This document shows, in pieces, positions 10,964 through 21,118 of a stretch of 64,000 nucleotides of DNA. This DNA is from Spirochaetota bacterium (lineage in GTDB: Bacteria > Spirochaetota > UBA4802 > UBA5550). The DNA lies in the NCBI GenBank assembly GCA_009787025.1, contig WRGT01000072.1, forward strand, positions 12,393 through 76,392, read 5' to 3'. Both the position numbers and the translations under genes were made by a program. The notes beneath the pieces were generated by a model. That model was not told the DNA's origin, ran no database searches, and saw nothing but the letters and a program-made list of their open reading frames with translations. The number at the start of each line of letters is the position of its first letter. Position 1 is the stretch's first letter.

Positions 10964-12106
10964 GTGGAGAGTATTGGAGAAAAATTAAGACAAGCGCGCG
11001 AATCAAAAAAATTAACAATAAAAAATGTAGTTATTGATACAAATATGGCTCCAACTTACATTGAAGCCCTTGAAGAGGAAGATTTTGACAAATTCCCGAG
11101 TGAAACATATATAATCGGTTTTTTAAAAACATATTCAGAGTATCTCAAATTAGACTCTAAAGAGATTATATCCCTTTATAAAAGCTATAAGATTGACGAA
11201 TCGGCAACTCCTCTTGAAGAATTAACAAGACCGACAAAATCTCAATTTATCATGAATCTTGTATCATTTTATGAAAGATATAGAAATCTTGTTTTCTTCG
11301 GCATTGTTGCATTTGTCTCCATTTTAATTATATGGGGCGTTTGGGCAATGAACAGATCAAATGTGCAGATTGATGGATCCGATTCGGTCTCCCAGATTAA
11401 AAAAAATTATGCCGAGAGCCAAAACTCAATAATAAAAAATATTACCAGCTTACAGCTTTCAAATGACAAGGGAATGCCGCTAATATATAAAGAAGAGGCA
11501 ATTCAATTTCTTGTAGATAATAAAGAAGTGGTCTTTTTACTTAAAGATATTGGCGATAATAAAGTTACTGTAAATTTTTTAAACAATGATAACGATATTG
11601 TTTTAGATATAAACAAACAGGTGCCGGTTATACTTGCAGAATGTCCAAGAGAGATACTCCTTACTCTAAAAGGACTTACAGAAAGCCGCGCTAAAATAAT
11701 GATAGAGCTTGGCCGCAACCTTAAAGTCGAAATACCTAACGGAGTGGATGGGCAGGATACCAATGTTAAGCCTGTAACAGATGGTGATAATACAAAGGTA
11801 ATAGCTCAAAATGATAAAAGTTTAAAGATTACTTTTGAGGTAGAATTTATACAAAAATCCTTTATAGAGATATATCTTGATGGGAATATTAAACAGAAAG
11901 GATTTATGCCTGCAGGAAGCAGAGAAAAATGGGAGGCATCTAAAAATATTCAGGTTAAGATTGGGAATGCAGGCGGAATTAAATGTAAAATAAATGAAAA
12001 AGAATTCGTATTCGGCAAGCCAGGTCAGGTTGCAAATAAATTAATAACCTGGAAAAGAGATGTTTCTAATCCTAATGTCTATCATATTGATGTAAAGGAT
12101 TGGTAA
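10964..12106 (+). CDS. RodZ-like HTH (XRE-type) membrane protein
   Basis: N-terminal HTH IGEKLRQARESKKLTIKNV, single TM (LVFFGIVAFVSILIIWGVWAM), C-terminal DUF4115-like; GTG start. Confidence 0.55.
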   Translation: MESIGEKLRQARESKKLTIKNVVIDTNMAPTYIEALEEEDFDKFPSETYIIGFLKTYSEYLKLDSKEIISLYKSYKIDESATPLEELTRPTKSQFIMNLVSFYERYRNLVFFGIVAFVSILIIWGVWAMNRSNVQIDGSDSVSQIKKNYAESQNSIIKNITSLQLSNDKGMPLIYKEEAIQFLVDNKEVVFLLKDIGDNKVTVNFLNNDNDIVLDINKQVPVILAECPREILLTLKGLTESRAKIMIELGRNLKVEIPNGVDGQDTNVKPVTDGDNTKVIAQNDKSLKITFEVEFIQKSFIEIYLDGNIKQKGFMPAGSREKWEASKNIQVKIGNAGGIKCKINEKEFVFGKPGQVANKLITWKRDVSNPNVYHIDVKDW

Positions 12107-12109
12107 GAT

Positions 12110-13435
12110 GTGCTTAAAGCTTCAGAGCTTTCTTTTTATATAATATCCCTCGGTTGTTCAAAAAACTTAGTAGATTCAGAGCTAATTAATGGAGATATGA
12201 TTAGTGCAGGATTTATTTCTTCCGAAACTGCTGAAGATTCTGATATAATAATAATTAATACATGCGGATTTATTCAAGATGCCAAGGAAGAATCCATCGA
12301 AACGATATTAGATTCAATTGATCTAAAAGAAAACCGTAATAGTGATAAAGAACTAAAACAACATAACTTTAAAAAAAAAATTGTTGTTGCAGGCTGCTTA
12401 GCAAAAAGATATTTTGCTGAAATAAAAAGAGAAATACCGGAAATAGATTTTCTCTATGGAATCAAAGATGAAAAATTTGTTTCTGCATTATGTCATAAGT
12501 TTAATATTGAACATAACTCAATATTAAAGGTAAGAAAAAAACTTTATAATACCTGCCCATTCTCATATATTAAAATATCCGACGGATGTTCCAATAATTG
12601 CAGCTACTGCGCTATCCCTATTATAAGGGGACCTCATGTTCCATTCCATCCGGACCAGATACTAAAAGATGCGGAATATGAAGTTGCAAATGGCGCATTA
12701 GAATTGAATATCATTGCCCAGGATATAACTATGTATAAATGGGAAACAATCGATCTTCCTTTATTAATTAATAATATTTCTAAAATTAATAACTTAAAAT
12801 GGATCAGACTTCTCTACTGCCACCCTGACCATATAACAGATAAAATCATAAACCTAATAGCTGAAAATGAAAAAGTTGTACCATATATAGATATACCATT
12901 TCAACATGTAAATGAAACTCTTTTAAAATCTATGGGTAGAAATGGCAGCAGCCATAAATACCTTAAGCTTATTGAAAAATTAAGAAAAAAGATTCCCCAA
13001 ATATCTATAAGATCAACTTTTATGTTAGGTTATCCGGGCGAAGATGAAAAAATTTTTTTAGAATTACTAACATTCATTAAAACTGCAATGATTGATAAAG
13101 TTGGGTGCTTTATTTTCTCTCCCGAAGAGGGGACACAGGCATATAATCTCTGTGATAATATTTCAGTTGATGAAAAGAATAGAAGATTCAATGAAGTAAT
13201 GTCTATACAATCTCGAATATCACAGGAAAAATTAAATGATAAAATAGGCTTGGAATTAGATGTATTAGTAGAAGAAAAATTAGATGAAAAAACATATATG
13301 GGAAGAACTATATTTGATGCGCCTGAAGTAGATGGAATTTTTTTCTTGACCGCAAATGAAAATAAAATTAACAAAATCGTAAGAGCAAAAGTCACAGATT
13401 CTATAGAATATGATCTTATCGGAGAAATGATATGA
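12110..13435 (+). CDS. rimO: radical-SAM methylthiotransferase, RimO-like (MiaB family)
   Basis: N-terminal MTTase Cys (LGCSKN, NTCGF), radical SAM CSNNCSYC, C-terminal TRAM-like; 441 aa; GTG start. Confidence 0.7.
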   Translation: MLKASELSFYIISLGCSKNLVDSELINGDMISAGFISSETAEDSDIIIINTCGFIQDAKEESIETILDSIDLKENRNSDKELKQHNFKKKIVVAGCLAKRYFAEIKREIPEIDFLYGIKDEKFVSALCHKFNIEHNSILKVRKKLYNTCPFSYIKISDGCSNNCSYCAIPIIRGPHVPFHPDQILKDAEYEVANGALELNIIAQDITMYKWETIDLPLLINNISKINNLKWIRLLYCHPDHITDKIINLIAENEKVVPYIDIPFQHVNETLLKSMGRNGSSHKYLKLIEKLRKKIPQISIRSTFMLGYPGEDEKIFLELLTFIKTAMIDKVGCFIFSPEEGTQAYNLCDNISVDEKNRRFNEVMSIQSRISQEKLNDKIGLELDVLVEEKLDEKTYMGRTIFDAPEVDGIFFLTANENKINKIVRAKVTDSIEYDLIGEMI

Positions 13436-14052
13436 AATTGTCAGGCGATAAATTTAATTTACCTAATATGATTTCATATCTGCGAATAATTCTCATCCCT
13501 TTCATAATATATTTTTTGAAAATGAAATCCGTAGAATACCTGATTTATTCTCTTGTATTATTCATGTTTGCTTCATTTACAGACTTAGTTGACGGATGGA
13601 TTGCAAGAAAACTTAAACAGGAATCGGAATTTGGCAGATTCATAGATCCTATTGCTGATAAATTCCTTGTTATTGCATCACTTTTTGCAATTATAACAAT
13701 TGATCCCTATTTTGAAATACTTGATTATTGGATGATTATAATAATAGCAGGGAGAGATATTCTTATAACAGTCATGAGAATATTAGCCATAAAAAAAGAG
13801 AAACAACTGCAAACAAGCAATTTCGGCAAATTTAAAACCGCATTTCAAATGCTGTCAATTGTAATCATTATAATGATATATATGTCTAAGAGGAGCGGTT
13901 TTTTTGTTACTCACGAATCTGTTCCTTATTACATTATGCTTGCCGTAACACTAATGACTGCATTTTCGGGAGTAAGATATATTATTACTAACTGGCAATT
14001 GTTTTTCCCTGAAAAAAAATCATATAAAAAATCATATATGGATGAGAAGTAA
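13432..14052 (+). CDS. pgsA: CDP-diacylglycerol--glycerol-3-phosphate 3-phosphatidyltransferase
   Basis: CDP-alcohol phosphatidyltransferase motif DLVDGWIARK...FGRFIDPIADK; 4-bp overlap with rimO. Confidence 0.75.
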   Translation: MKLSGDKFNLPNMISYLRIILIPFIIYFLKMKSVEYLIYSLVLFMFASFTDLVDGWIARKLKQESEFGRFIDPIADKFLVIASLFAIITIDPYFEILDYWMIIIIAGRDILITVMRILAIKKEKQLQTSNFGKFKTAFQMLSIVIIIMIYMSKRSGFFVTHESVPYYIMLAVTLMTAFSGVRYIITNWQLFFPEKKSYKKSYMDEK

Positions 14053-14545
14053 AATGAAAATAAGAGAATTTCTTTTTACTGCATTTTATTCAGGTTATTC
14101 ACCGGTTGCGCCGGGTACTATGGGTACATTAGTTGCAATGGTTATATATATCATTGAAAATATTATTTTCTCCAATATAGATCCTATGAAGTTAAATGCT
14201 TTTAATTTAATCTTTTTACTTATAATAATTTATCCATCTATTAAACTTTCAGATGAAGCTGAAAAATTTTATAATACCAAAGATCCCAAGCAGGTTGTTA
14301 TTGATGAAGTCCTCGGTTATTGGACAGGGGTTTTATTTGTTCCATTTAGTTTTTCATATGCAATAATCGCTTTCATCCTCTTTAGATTTTTTGATATAAC
14401 AAAACCTTTTTTTATACGTTATTTTGAATCATTACCCGGAGGACTTGGTATTATTATGGATGACATAATTGCAGGAATTTATACTCTTATGTGTATGCAT
14501 ATAATAATCTATTTTCTAAACCAATATAACATAGTATTACCATAG
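14042..14545 (+). CDS. pgpA: phosphatidylglycerophosphatase A
   Basis: PgpA pattern YSGYSPVAPGTMGTL ... DEVLGYW ... GLGIIMDDIIAGIY; overlaps pgsA by 11 bp. Confidence 0.7.
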   Translation: MRSKMKIREFLFTAFYSGYSPVAPGTMGTLVAMVIYIIENIIFSNIDPMKLNAFNLIFLLIIIYPSIKLSDEAEKFYNTKDPKQVVIDEVLGYWTGVLFVPFSFSYAIIAFILFRFFDITKPFFIRYFESLPGGLGIIMDDIIAGIYTLMCMHIIIYFLNQYNIVLP

Positions 14546-14638
14546 TAAAAAGAGATATTTATTTTAGATATTGCTTAAATTAATAATAAAAAAATTATGC
14601 TTCAACTTATCTTTAGGAAGAGGAGTAGATAATCAAAA

Positions 14639-15127
14639 TTGGAAAAGAGCTACTTATATAATACGGAAAAAATTAAGTATGTTAAAGGTGACAGACCGGC
14701 AGTAGAATGTATACTATGCGCAATTAGAGATAATGATCCGCTTGTGAAAAATCTTATTATACACAGTACTGAAAAATTTATTATAGCAGTAAATCTGTTC
14801 CCATTTAATCCGGGTCATTTAATGATATTTCCTAAAAGACATATATGTCAAATAAATGAGTTAACGAACGAAGAGGCTGTTGAATTACATGAACTTTTAG
14901 CAAAAACTATAACAATACTTGATGAAGAATTTAAGCCTTCTGGATATAATGTAGGATATAATATAGGCGAAGGGAGCGGAGCAAGCATACCCCATCTTCA
15001 TCAACATATTGTTCCGCGATATCCGAATGAAGTCGGTTTTTTAGACGTCCTTTCGGGAACAAGAGTAATAGTTAACAATCCTGTAGATACAATGGAGCGT
15101 CTGAAAAAAAAGTTCAGCAATCTATAA
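14639..15127 (+). CDS. HIT-family nucleotide hydrolase/transferase
   Basis: histidine triad HLHQHIVPRY. Confidence 0.7.
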   Translation: MEKSYLYNTEKIKYVKGDRPAVECILCAIRDNDPLVKNLIIHSTEKFIIAVNLFPFNPGHLMIFPKRHICQINELTNEEAVELHELLAKTITILDEEFKPSGYNVGYNIGEGSGASIPHLHQHIVPRYPNEVGFLDVLSGTRVIVNNPVDTMERLKKKFSNL

Positions 15128-15144
15128 ACACAAGCTTTTTATCC

Positions 15145-16353
15145 TTAATTTTCTAACAGCCAATCTATTACATTTATTTTTTGTATTCCTTTGTAAGTTG
15201 TTACAGGTTCAACATCGGTAGTGAGCAAAATTCGACGATTGAAATCTTTTATCAATTCAAAGGGTCTTATTTCCCGCTCAAAGACGCTTTGTTCTTTTGC
15301 TGTCCAAGCCACTTGTATATATTCTCTGTCTTCATTTGGTTTTCTCACAACAAAATCAATTTCTGTATTGTCGGCTTTACCGATATTCACCTGATTTCCA
15401 CGTCTTAACAATTCCAAGTAAACAACATTTTCCAAATTATGCCCTAAATCAAGATTGTTTTTATCTCCAAGAAAAAATTTCTTCAATCCCAAATCAACTG
15501 TATAATATTTTTCTTGTGTACTCAAAAGTCCTTTTCCCCGCAAATCGAAACGCTTTACTTTGTAAAAGATAAACGACTCGACCAAAGCGTTGATATAATT
15601 TTCGACCGTATTATGAGAAATGGAAAGTTTGTTATTGGTTTTCAAAGTGTTGGTTATTTTTTTTGGAGAAATAATTGAGCCGATAGAATCAAAAAGAAAC
15701 GCCGTTGTTTTGTAAAAATGCTCTTCGTTTTTCCATTTGTTGCGAACCAATACATCTTTCTGAATAATGCTTTGTATGACATCTTGAATATAATTTTGAA
15801 TATAATTATCGTGTAAGTCAAAAATTCCCGGCATTCCGCCTGTATCAATATATTTTGCAAACAATAAATCGGTACGGGAAATATCCTTTTGCGTCAAAAG
15901 AAATTCTTTGAACGAAAACGGCAAAATGTGAATAGAAATATAGCGGCCTGTCAGCAATGTTCCTAATTCACTCGAAAGCAGATAGGCATTTGAACCTGTG
16001 ATATATACATCAATATTAGGTTTTACATAAAGCCAATCAACAAGCCGTTCAAATTCTCTTACCTGCTGAACTTCATCAAGAAAAACATAACAGGATTTTG
16101 ATAAATCCAACTGATTTACAATGTGATAATACAAACCTTCAAAATCATTTAACCATTTGCTGTTTTCAAAATCTTCAAAATTCAGAAAAACAATTTGAGC
16201 TTTGCCGATACCGTCAGAAATCAAATAATCGCAAAACATCTGCATTACGGTTGACTTCCCGCAACGCCGCACTCCTGTGAGAACTTTTATCAGGTTTTTA
16301 TCTCGCAGCCCAATAAGAGTATTCATATAATCTTTTCGTTCAATATGTTTCAT
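15145..16353 (-). CDS. AAA-family ATPase with C-terminal DUF4143-like region
   Basis: Walker A GVRRCGKST, Walker B FLDEVQ; GC elevated (about 36-42%) relative to neighbours. Confidence 0.7.
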   Translation of the reverse strand: MKHIERKDYMNTLIGLRDKNLIKVLTGVRRCGKSTVMQMFCDYLISDGIGKAQIVFLNFEDFENSKWLNDFEGLYYHIVNQLDLSKSCYVFLDEVQQVREFERLVDWLYVKPNIDVYITGSNAYLLSSELGTLLTGRYISIHILPFSFKEFLLTQKDISRTDLLFAKYIDTGGMPGIFDLHDNYIQNYIQDVIQSIIQKDVLVRNKWKNEEHFYKTTAFLFDSIGSIISPKKITNTLKTNNKLSISHNTVENYINALVESFIFYKVKRFDLRGKGLLSTQEKYYTVDLGLKKFFLGDKNNLDLGHNLENVVYLELLRRGNQVNIGKADNTEIDFVVRKPNEDREYIQVAWTAKEQSVFEREIRPFELIKDFNRRILLTTDVEPVTTYKGIQKINVIDWLLEN

Positions 16354-16446
16354 ATTTTATTGTCTTACAGATCAAAGTTTTGATTTTCTATAAGTTTGGT
16401 CTGTAAAGGCACAAGTAATTTTTTAGTAAAATACGTGATTTTTATT

Positions 16447-16620
16447 TCACTTTTTTTCTTTTGCGCTGGCTATAACCTTAAAACCATATTTCTTTATCAT
16501 GTTTTCGGTACTTTGCTTATAATACTCCGTAAGCTGAGAGGGAGTCATGTCTTTTGTTTTTTCGTAAATCACAAGCCGAATTTGATTAATTTCCTGCTCA
16601 ATTGAGTTAGGAGCTTTCAT
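16447..16620 (-). CDS. unannotated small protein (57 aa), paralog of the ORF at 31899-32093
   Basis: minus-strand translation MKAPNSIEQEINQIRLVIYEKTKDMTPSQLTEYYKQSTENMIKKYGFKVIASAKEKK aligns with MKTYKTIEQEINQIRLKIYEETKDLTPEQYTDRVRRIGENAAKKYGF...; conserved upstream region with GGAGG RBS. Confidence 0.5.
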   Translation of the reverse strand: MKAPNSIEQEINQIRLVIYEKTKDMTPSQLTEYYKQSTENMIKKYGFKVIASAKEKK

Positions 16621-16804
16621 TTTCTACAACCTCCATAGGTGAATATATTTCAATAGCACGATAACCATTCATATTTTATTTAAGCCAATATTTTTTTATG
16701 ATATGACAGAAAATTTCCCCCACTTGATCGCCACGCTGAGTTTACACTGTACTACCAAAAAATTTAAACAGGTTTCGCGATGACGAAATAAAAAACAAGT
16801 ACCT

Positions 16805-16869
16805 AAAAAATCTGCGCAAATCCTAAATCATCTGCGTCATCTGCGAGCTCTCTGTTCATGCTACCAATA
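16805..16869 (+). repeat. iteron-like motif (3x ATCTGCG) shared with 31518-31579 in inverted orientation
   Basis: aaaaaatctgcgcaaatcctaaatcatctgcgtcatctgcg...ctgttcatgcta matches the reverse complement of 31518-31579. Confidence 0.7.
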
Positions 16870-17001
16870 AGAAAAACTACCGTCATTAGATTTGGTTTGA
16901 AACATTAATTAAATACTTGTGATGGCACAATATGTATTTGACATATATAATAGAGCTCAAAATACTATATAAATGACATATTTTTTTTATGGAGATTATA
17001 A

Positions 17002-19557
17002 ATGAAAAAAATTAAAGAATTCAAAGTCATTCCATATCTGCCGGAAAATCTCAAGCCTCTGATTAAAATTGCAAATAATCTGTGGTGGGTCTGGAATTAT
17101 GAAGCAATAGAATTATTCAGAAGAATAAATGTAGATCTATGGCGTGAGGTAGGTCATAATCCGATAATTTTCCTTGGTTCAATTTCACAAGAGGCAATAA
17201 ATAGAGCGGCAGAATCGGATAGTTTTATTGCGCATATGAATAGAGTTGAAAATGAACTTGAGCGTCATATAAAAAGAATCTCATGGTACGACCAAAATAA
17301 AAAAAATACAGATAATCAGGTAATAACATATTTTTCAGCGGAATTCGGCATACACGAATGTCTTCCAATATATTCAGGCGGACTTGGGATTTTAGCAGGA
17401 GATCATCTTAAATCCGCCAGCGAATTAGGCATACCCCTTTATGGAATGGGATTTCTCTATCGCCTTGGATATTTTAGACAATATCTCAACTTTGACGGAT
17501 GGCAGCAGGAGAGATATCCTGAGACGGATTTCTATAATATCCCAATCAATCCTGTGTTTGATCAATCAGGCAGTCATTTAACTATAAATGTGGAATTCCC
17601 CGATAGATTAGTTTATGCAAAGATATGGGAAGTTATTATAGGCAAGATCAAACTATTCCTTCTTGATACAAATATAGAACAAAACAGTATAGACGATAGA
17701 TTAATAACCGATCAATTATACGGCGGTGATAATGAAATGCGAATCAGGCAGGAGATTATGCTTGGTATAGGCGGAATAAGAGCCTTTAAAGCAATGGGGA
17801 TTAATGTTACGGTTTATCATATGAATGAAGGTCATGCCGCATTTCTTGCAATAGAGAGAATCAGATCGGAAATAAAAGAACATGGAATGACCTTTGACGA
17901 AGCTTTATCCTATATTACTGCTAATAACCTTTTTACAACCCATACGCCTGTTCCGGCGGGGAATGACCGTTTCTCTCCGGAGATGATAGATAAATATTTC
18001 TCAGAAACCTATAAAGAACTTGGAATTTCTTCCGATCAATTTATGGCTCTTGGACGTGAAAATCCGTCTGATGAGAAAGAAGAATTTTGTATGACAGTAC
18101 TTGCTCTTAAAACAGCTTTTTGCTCTAATGGCGTATCTAAACTTCATGGAGATGTTTCAAGAAAAATGTGGAATAATGTATGGTCCAATCTTCCGACCCA
18201 TGAAGTCCCAATAGGACATATTACAAACGGAATCCAAACATTATCATGGACATCAGAAGAGATGATTAGGCTTTTTAACAGGTACCTTGGTCCGGATTGG
18301 ATTGATAATCCGACGTCAAAGGATATATGGAAGAGTATTGATAATATACCGGACTCTGAGCTTTGGAGATGCAGAGAAAGACTCAGAGAAAGACTCGTAG
18401 GTTTTTCAAGAAAACGATTATATCGACAGCTTCTATCAAGGGGAATTCCTAAAAACCAGGCCGCTATTGCAAGCTCAGCCCTTGATTCGGAGGCATTGAC
18501 TATAGGCTTTGCAAGGAGGTTTGCAACTTACAAAAGAGCTACATTGCTGTTTAATGATTTGGAAAGATTGTATAAAATATTATCCCACCCAAAACGTCCG
18601 GTTCAGATTATCTTTTCAGGAAAAGCCCACCCAAAGGATGCGCTTGGAAAGGAGTTTATTAAAAAAATAATTCATACATCACGAGAAGAAAAATTAAGAA
18701 AAAAAATTGTCTTTCTTGAAGATTACGATATAAATGTAGCAAGATACATGGTGCAGGGTGTTGATATATGGCTAAATAACCCAATAAGACCAAAAGAGGC
18801 TTCAGGTACAAGCGGTATGAAAGTTGTACCAAATGGCGGGCTAAATCTTAGTGTTCTTGACGGATGGTGGGATGAAGCGTATAATTCAAATAATGGCTGG
18901 GCAATCGGAAACGGAGAAGTTTATGACGACCAAAATTATCAAGACGAGGTAGAAAGTCTCTCTCTTTATAATCTTTTAGAAGAGGAAATTATTCCGCTTT
19001 TTTATGCAAGGGGTGATGACGGATTACCGGAGGGATGGCTTGCGAAAATAAAAGAATCGATGAAAAGCATAATACCGGAATTTAATACAAATAGAATGGT
19101 TAAGGATTATACCGAAAAATACTATAATCAGGCGCATATAAATTATACTGTTTATTTAAAAGATAAACAAAAAATATCAAAAGAACTCACAACATGGAAA
19201 GAGCATATAAAAAAAATCTGGTCTGTTAAGGTAATTGAAATGTCTGTAGATAGCGGTACAGATGCAGTTGTAGGTTCAATCCTTAAAGTAACGGCAAAAA
19301 TTGATCTTGGTGAAGTTCTGCCGGAAGATGTACATGTTGAACTATATTTTGGCTCTGTGGACAAGTTTGGAGACATAAGTGATGGTGTTGCAGTTCAAAT
19401 GGAAAAGGTTGACACCGAAGGAAAAGGGATATATTCTTTTACCGGTCAGATGCTTTGCCTTCAATCGGGAAGGTTTGGCTATAGTGTCAGAGTAATACCG
19501 CACAATAAAAATATGCCCCGTAAATTTGATCCTGATCTTCCATTTACTTGGGCTTAA
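17002..19557 (+). CDS. glgP: alpha-glucan (glycogen/maltodextrin) phosphorylase, GlgP family with DUF3417-type N-terminus
   Basis: GGLGILAGDHLKSASELGIP, PLP-lysine motif EASGTSGMK, 851 aa. Confidence 0.85.
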   Translation: MKKIKEFKVIPYLPENLKPLIKIANNLWWVWNYEAIELFRRINVDLWREVGHNPIIFLGSISQEAINRAAESDSFIAHMNRVENELERHIKRISWYDQNKKNTDNQVITYFSAEFGIHECLPIYSGGLGILAGDHLKSASELGIPLYGMGFLYRLGYFRQYLNFDGWQQERYPETDFYNIPINPVFDQSGSHLTINVEFPDRLVYAKIWEVIIGKIKLFLLDTNIEQNSIDDRLITDQLYGGDNEMRIRQEIMLGIGGIRAFKAMGINVTVYHMNEGHAAFLAIERIRSEIKEHGMTFDEALSYITANNLFTTHTPVPAGNDRFSPEMIDKYFSETYKELGISSDQFMALGRENPSDEKEEFCMTVLALKTAFCSNGVSKLHGDVSRKMWNNVWSNLPTHEVPIGHITNGIQTLSWTSEEMIRLFNRYLGPDWIDNPTSKDIWKSIDNIPDSELWRCRERLRERLVGFSRKRLYRQLLSRGIPKNQAAIASSALDSEALTIGFARRFATYKRATLLFNDLERLYKILSHPKRPVQIIFSGKAHPKDALGKEFIKKIIHTSREEKLRKKIVFLEDYDINVARYMVQGVDIWLNNPIRPKEASGTSGMKVVPNGGLNLSVLDGWWDEAYNSNNGWAIGNGEVYDDQNYQDEVESLSLYNLLEEEIIPLFYARGDDGLPEGWLAKIKESMKSIIPEFNTNRMVKDYTEKYYNQAHINYTVYLKDKQKISKELTTWKEHIKKIWSVKVIEMSVDSGTDAVVGSILKVTAKIDLGEVLPEDVHVELYFGSVDKFGDISDGVAVQMEKVDTEGKGIYSFTGQMLCLQSGRFGYSVRVIPHNKNMPRKFDPDLPFTWA

Positions 19558-19707
19558 AAAAATTTTTATTTATCTATTTGACTTATTTTAAAAAATTTTT
19601 ATAATAGTAAAATATATAACAATATGAAACTTTTGTTAATGTTGTTATATATCTTCTATATTATATTCATTTATATTATTCATTTTAATATCTACTAAGG
19701 AATTTAT

Positions 19708-19842
19708 ATGCGTGAAGCTAACAATATAAGTAATATAACTATGCAAAAAAAACTTATTGATAAAATAAAGGAATCTCTCATTAAAAAGAAGATAGAGGAT
19801 AATGATAGTGAAGAAATTGAGTTTTTACTTAAAAGACTCTAA
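19708..19842 (+). CDS. small hypothetical ORF (44 aa)
   Basis: ATG preceded by AAGGA; Lys/Glu-rich; no homology recognised. Confidence 0.2.
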   Translation: MREANNISNITMQKKLIDKIKESLIKKKIEDNDSEEIEFLLKRL

Positions 19843-19852
19843 ATAATAAAAA

Positions 19853-21103
19853 TCAAATTATTGAATTTTTCCATAACTGTACCGATTGTCTGTAATAATC
19901 AAAAGGCGGAGCAGCAATATCACTTTTTTGAATAATCAATCTTCTAACCCATCTTCTCTCTGCAAGCTCACAGATATCCTTGATATTTCTCCCTGTAAGA
20001 TTATCAGTCTTAGCGCCTAAGTAATTACACTCTTCATCAGAAAGCTGTTTAGCATAATTACTGAAAATAGCAGCCCGTTCCTCAACATTAGGATATGGAA
20101 ATTTTATTATCTGATCAAATCTGCTTAATAAAGCGCTGTCCAAATCATTCATTCTGTTTGTAGCTCCAATAGTCAAAGTTGTTTCAGTAGAATCTATACC
20201 GTCTAATTTTCTTAAAAGTACAGACAAAATTCTTCTTGTTGCCTCAAACATATTCTGATCCCTTGCTCCGGCTAATGAGTCAATCTCATCAAGAAAAATA
20301 ATCGCCCCTCCCATTAAATCGCACATATCAAATATCTCAGACATATTTCTTGAAGATTCACCGTACCATTTTGACATAATTGATTCTACGGGAATATATA
20401 CAAGGCGCAGACTGCTCTCTCCTGCAATAATTCTTGCAGCCGTTGTTTTTCCTACTCCGGGAGGACCTTCAAACAGTATAGCCCTTGGTCTATTAGACTC
20501 AAAACTCTTTCTTGTCATGCCGGCAATAGTATCGTATATTTTAGGATTTTGTATAGGGAGTATAATAGATTCTTTTATTTTTCTTTTTACATCCGAATAT
20601 CCTGCAATGAAATCCCAATCGGGAGTATTTTCATTATCTATTATAGATGCGCCAAGTTCTTTAAGTCTGTCAACCGGGTTAAAGAGCAAGCCGGAATTTA
20701 ATGTACGGATTATCTCTATTACGGAATTTATCTCTTCCTGTGAAAGATTTCCCTTTTTTGTTATCTCAACAGATGAATTAATAATGCTAAAAAAATCTAT
20801 TTTAAGATTATCTCCTATATTTTCAGTATTGTATATATTATTGTTAAGAAACTGAAAACTATAATGACCCTTTTCAAACGAAAGTATTCTTAAATTTTCA
20901 ATATGTTTTTTTATAATTTCAAGCGAATCAAAGAGCATAATATCTGTGAGCGGCGGGATTTCCGCCCTTATCTTAGTTTGACCTTTTTGAAATTCTATGG
21001 TAAGGAGTGTGGATATATTAGAAAAATTTGAAAATTGAGCTAATGAAGATTCAATTTGATTCTTCATTAAATCAAAAGGGATAAGAGTCTCTTGTGCATT
21101 CAT
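19853..21103 (-). CDS. AAA+ ATPase (SpoVK/CbbX-like) with unknown about 190-aa N-terminal domain
   Basis: Walker A GPPGVGKT, Walker B IIFLDEIDS, second region of homology ATNRMNDLDSALLSRF. Confidence 0.7.
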   Translation of the reverse strand: MNAQETLIPFDLMKNQIESSLAQFSNFSNISTLLTIEFQKGQTKIRAEIPPLTDIMLFDSLEIIKKHIENLRILSFEKGHYSFQFLNNNIYNTENIGDNLKIDFFSIINSSVEITKKGNLSQEEINSVIEIIRTLNSGLLFNPVDRLKELGASIIDNENTPDWDFIAGYSDVKRKIKESIILPIQNPKIYDTIAGMTRKSFESNRPRAILFEGPPGVGKTTAARIIAGESSLRLVYIPVESIMSKWYGESSRNMSEIFDMCDLMGGAIIFLDEIDSLAGARDQNMFEATRRILSVLLRKLDGIDSTETTLTIGATNRMNDLDSALLSRFDQIIKFPYPNVEERAAIFSNYAKQLSDEECNYLGAKTDNLTGRNIKDICELAERRWVRRLIIQKSDIAAPPFDYYRQSVQLWKNSII

Positions 21104-21118
21104 TATTTTAAAAAACCC

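Noticed and set aside
16396-16605. 69-aa plus-strand ORF from the track
   Set aside because: The opposite strand encodes a small protein with a clear paralog at 31899-32093 and a conserved RBS. The plus ORF is hydrophobic low-complexity.
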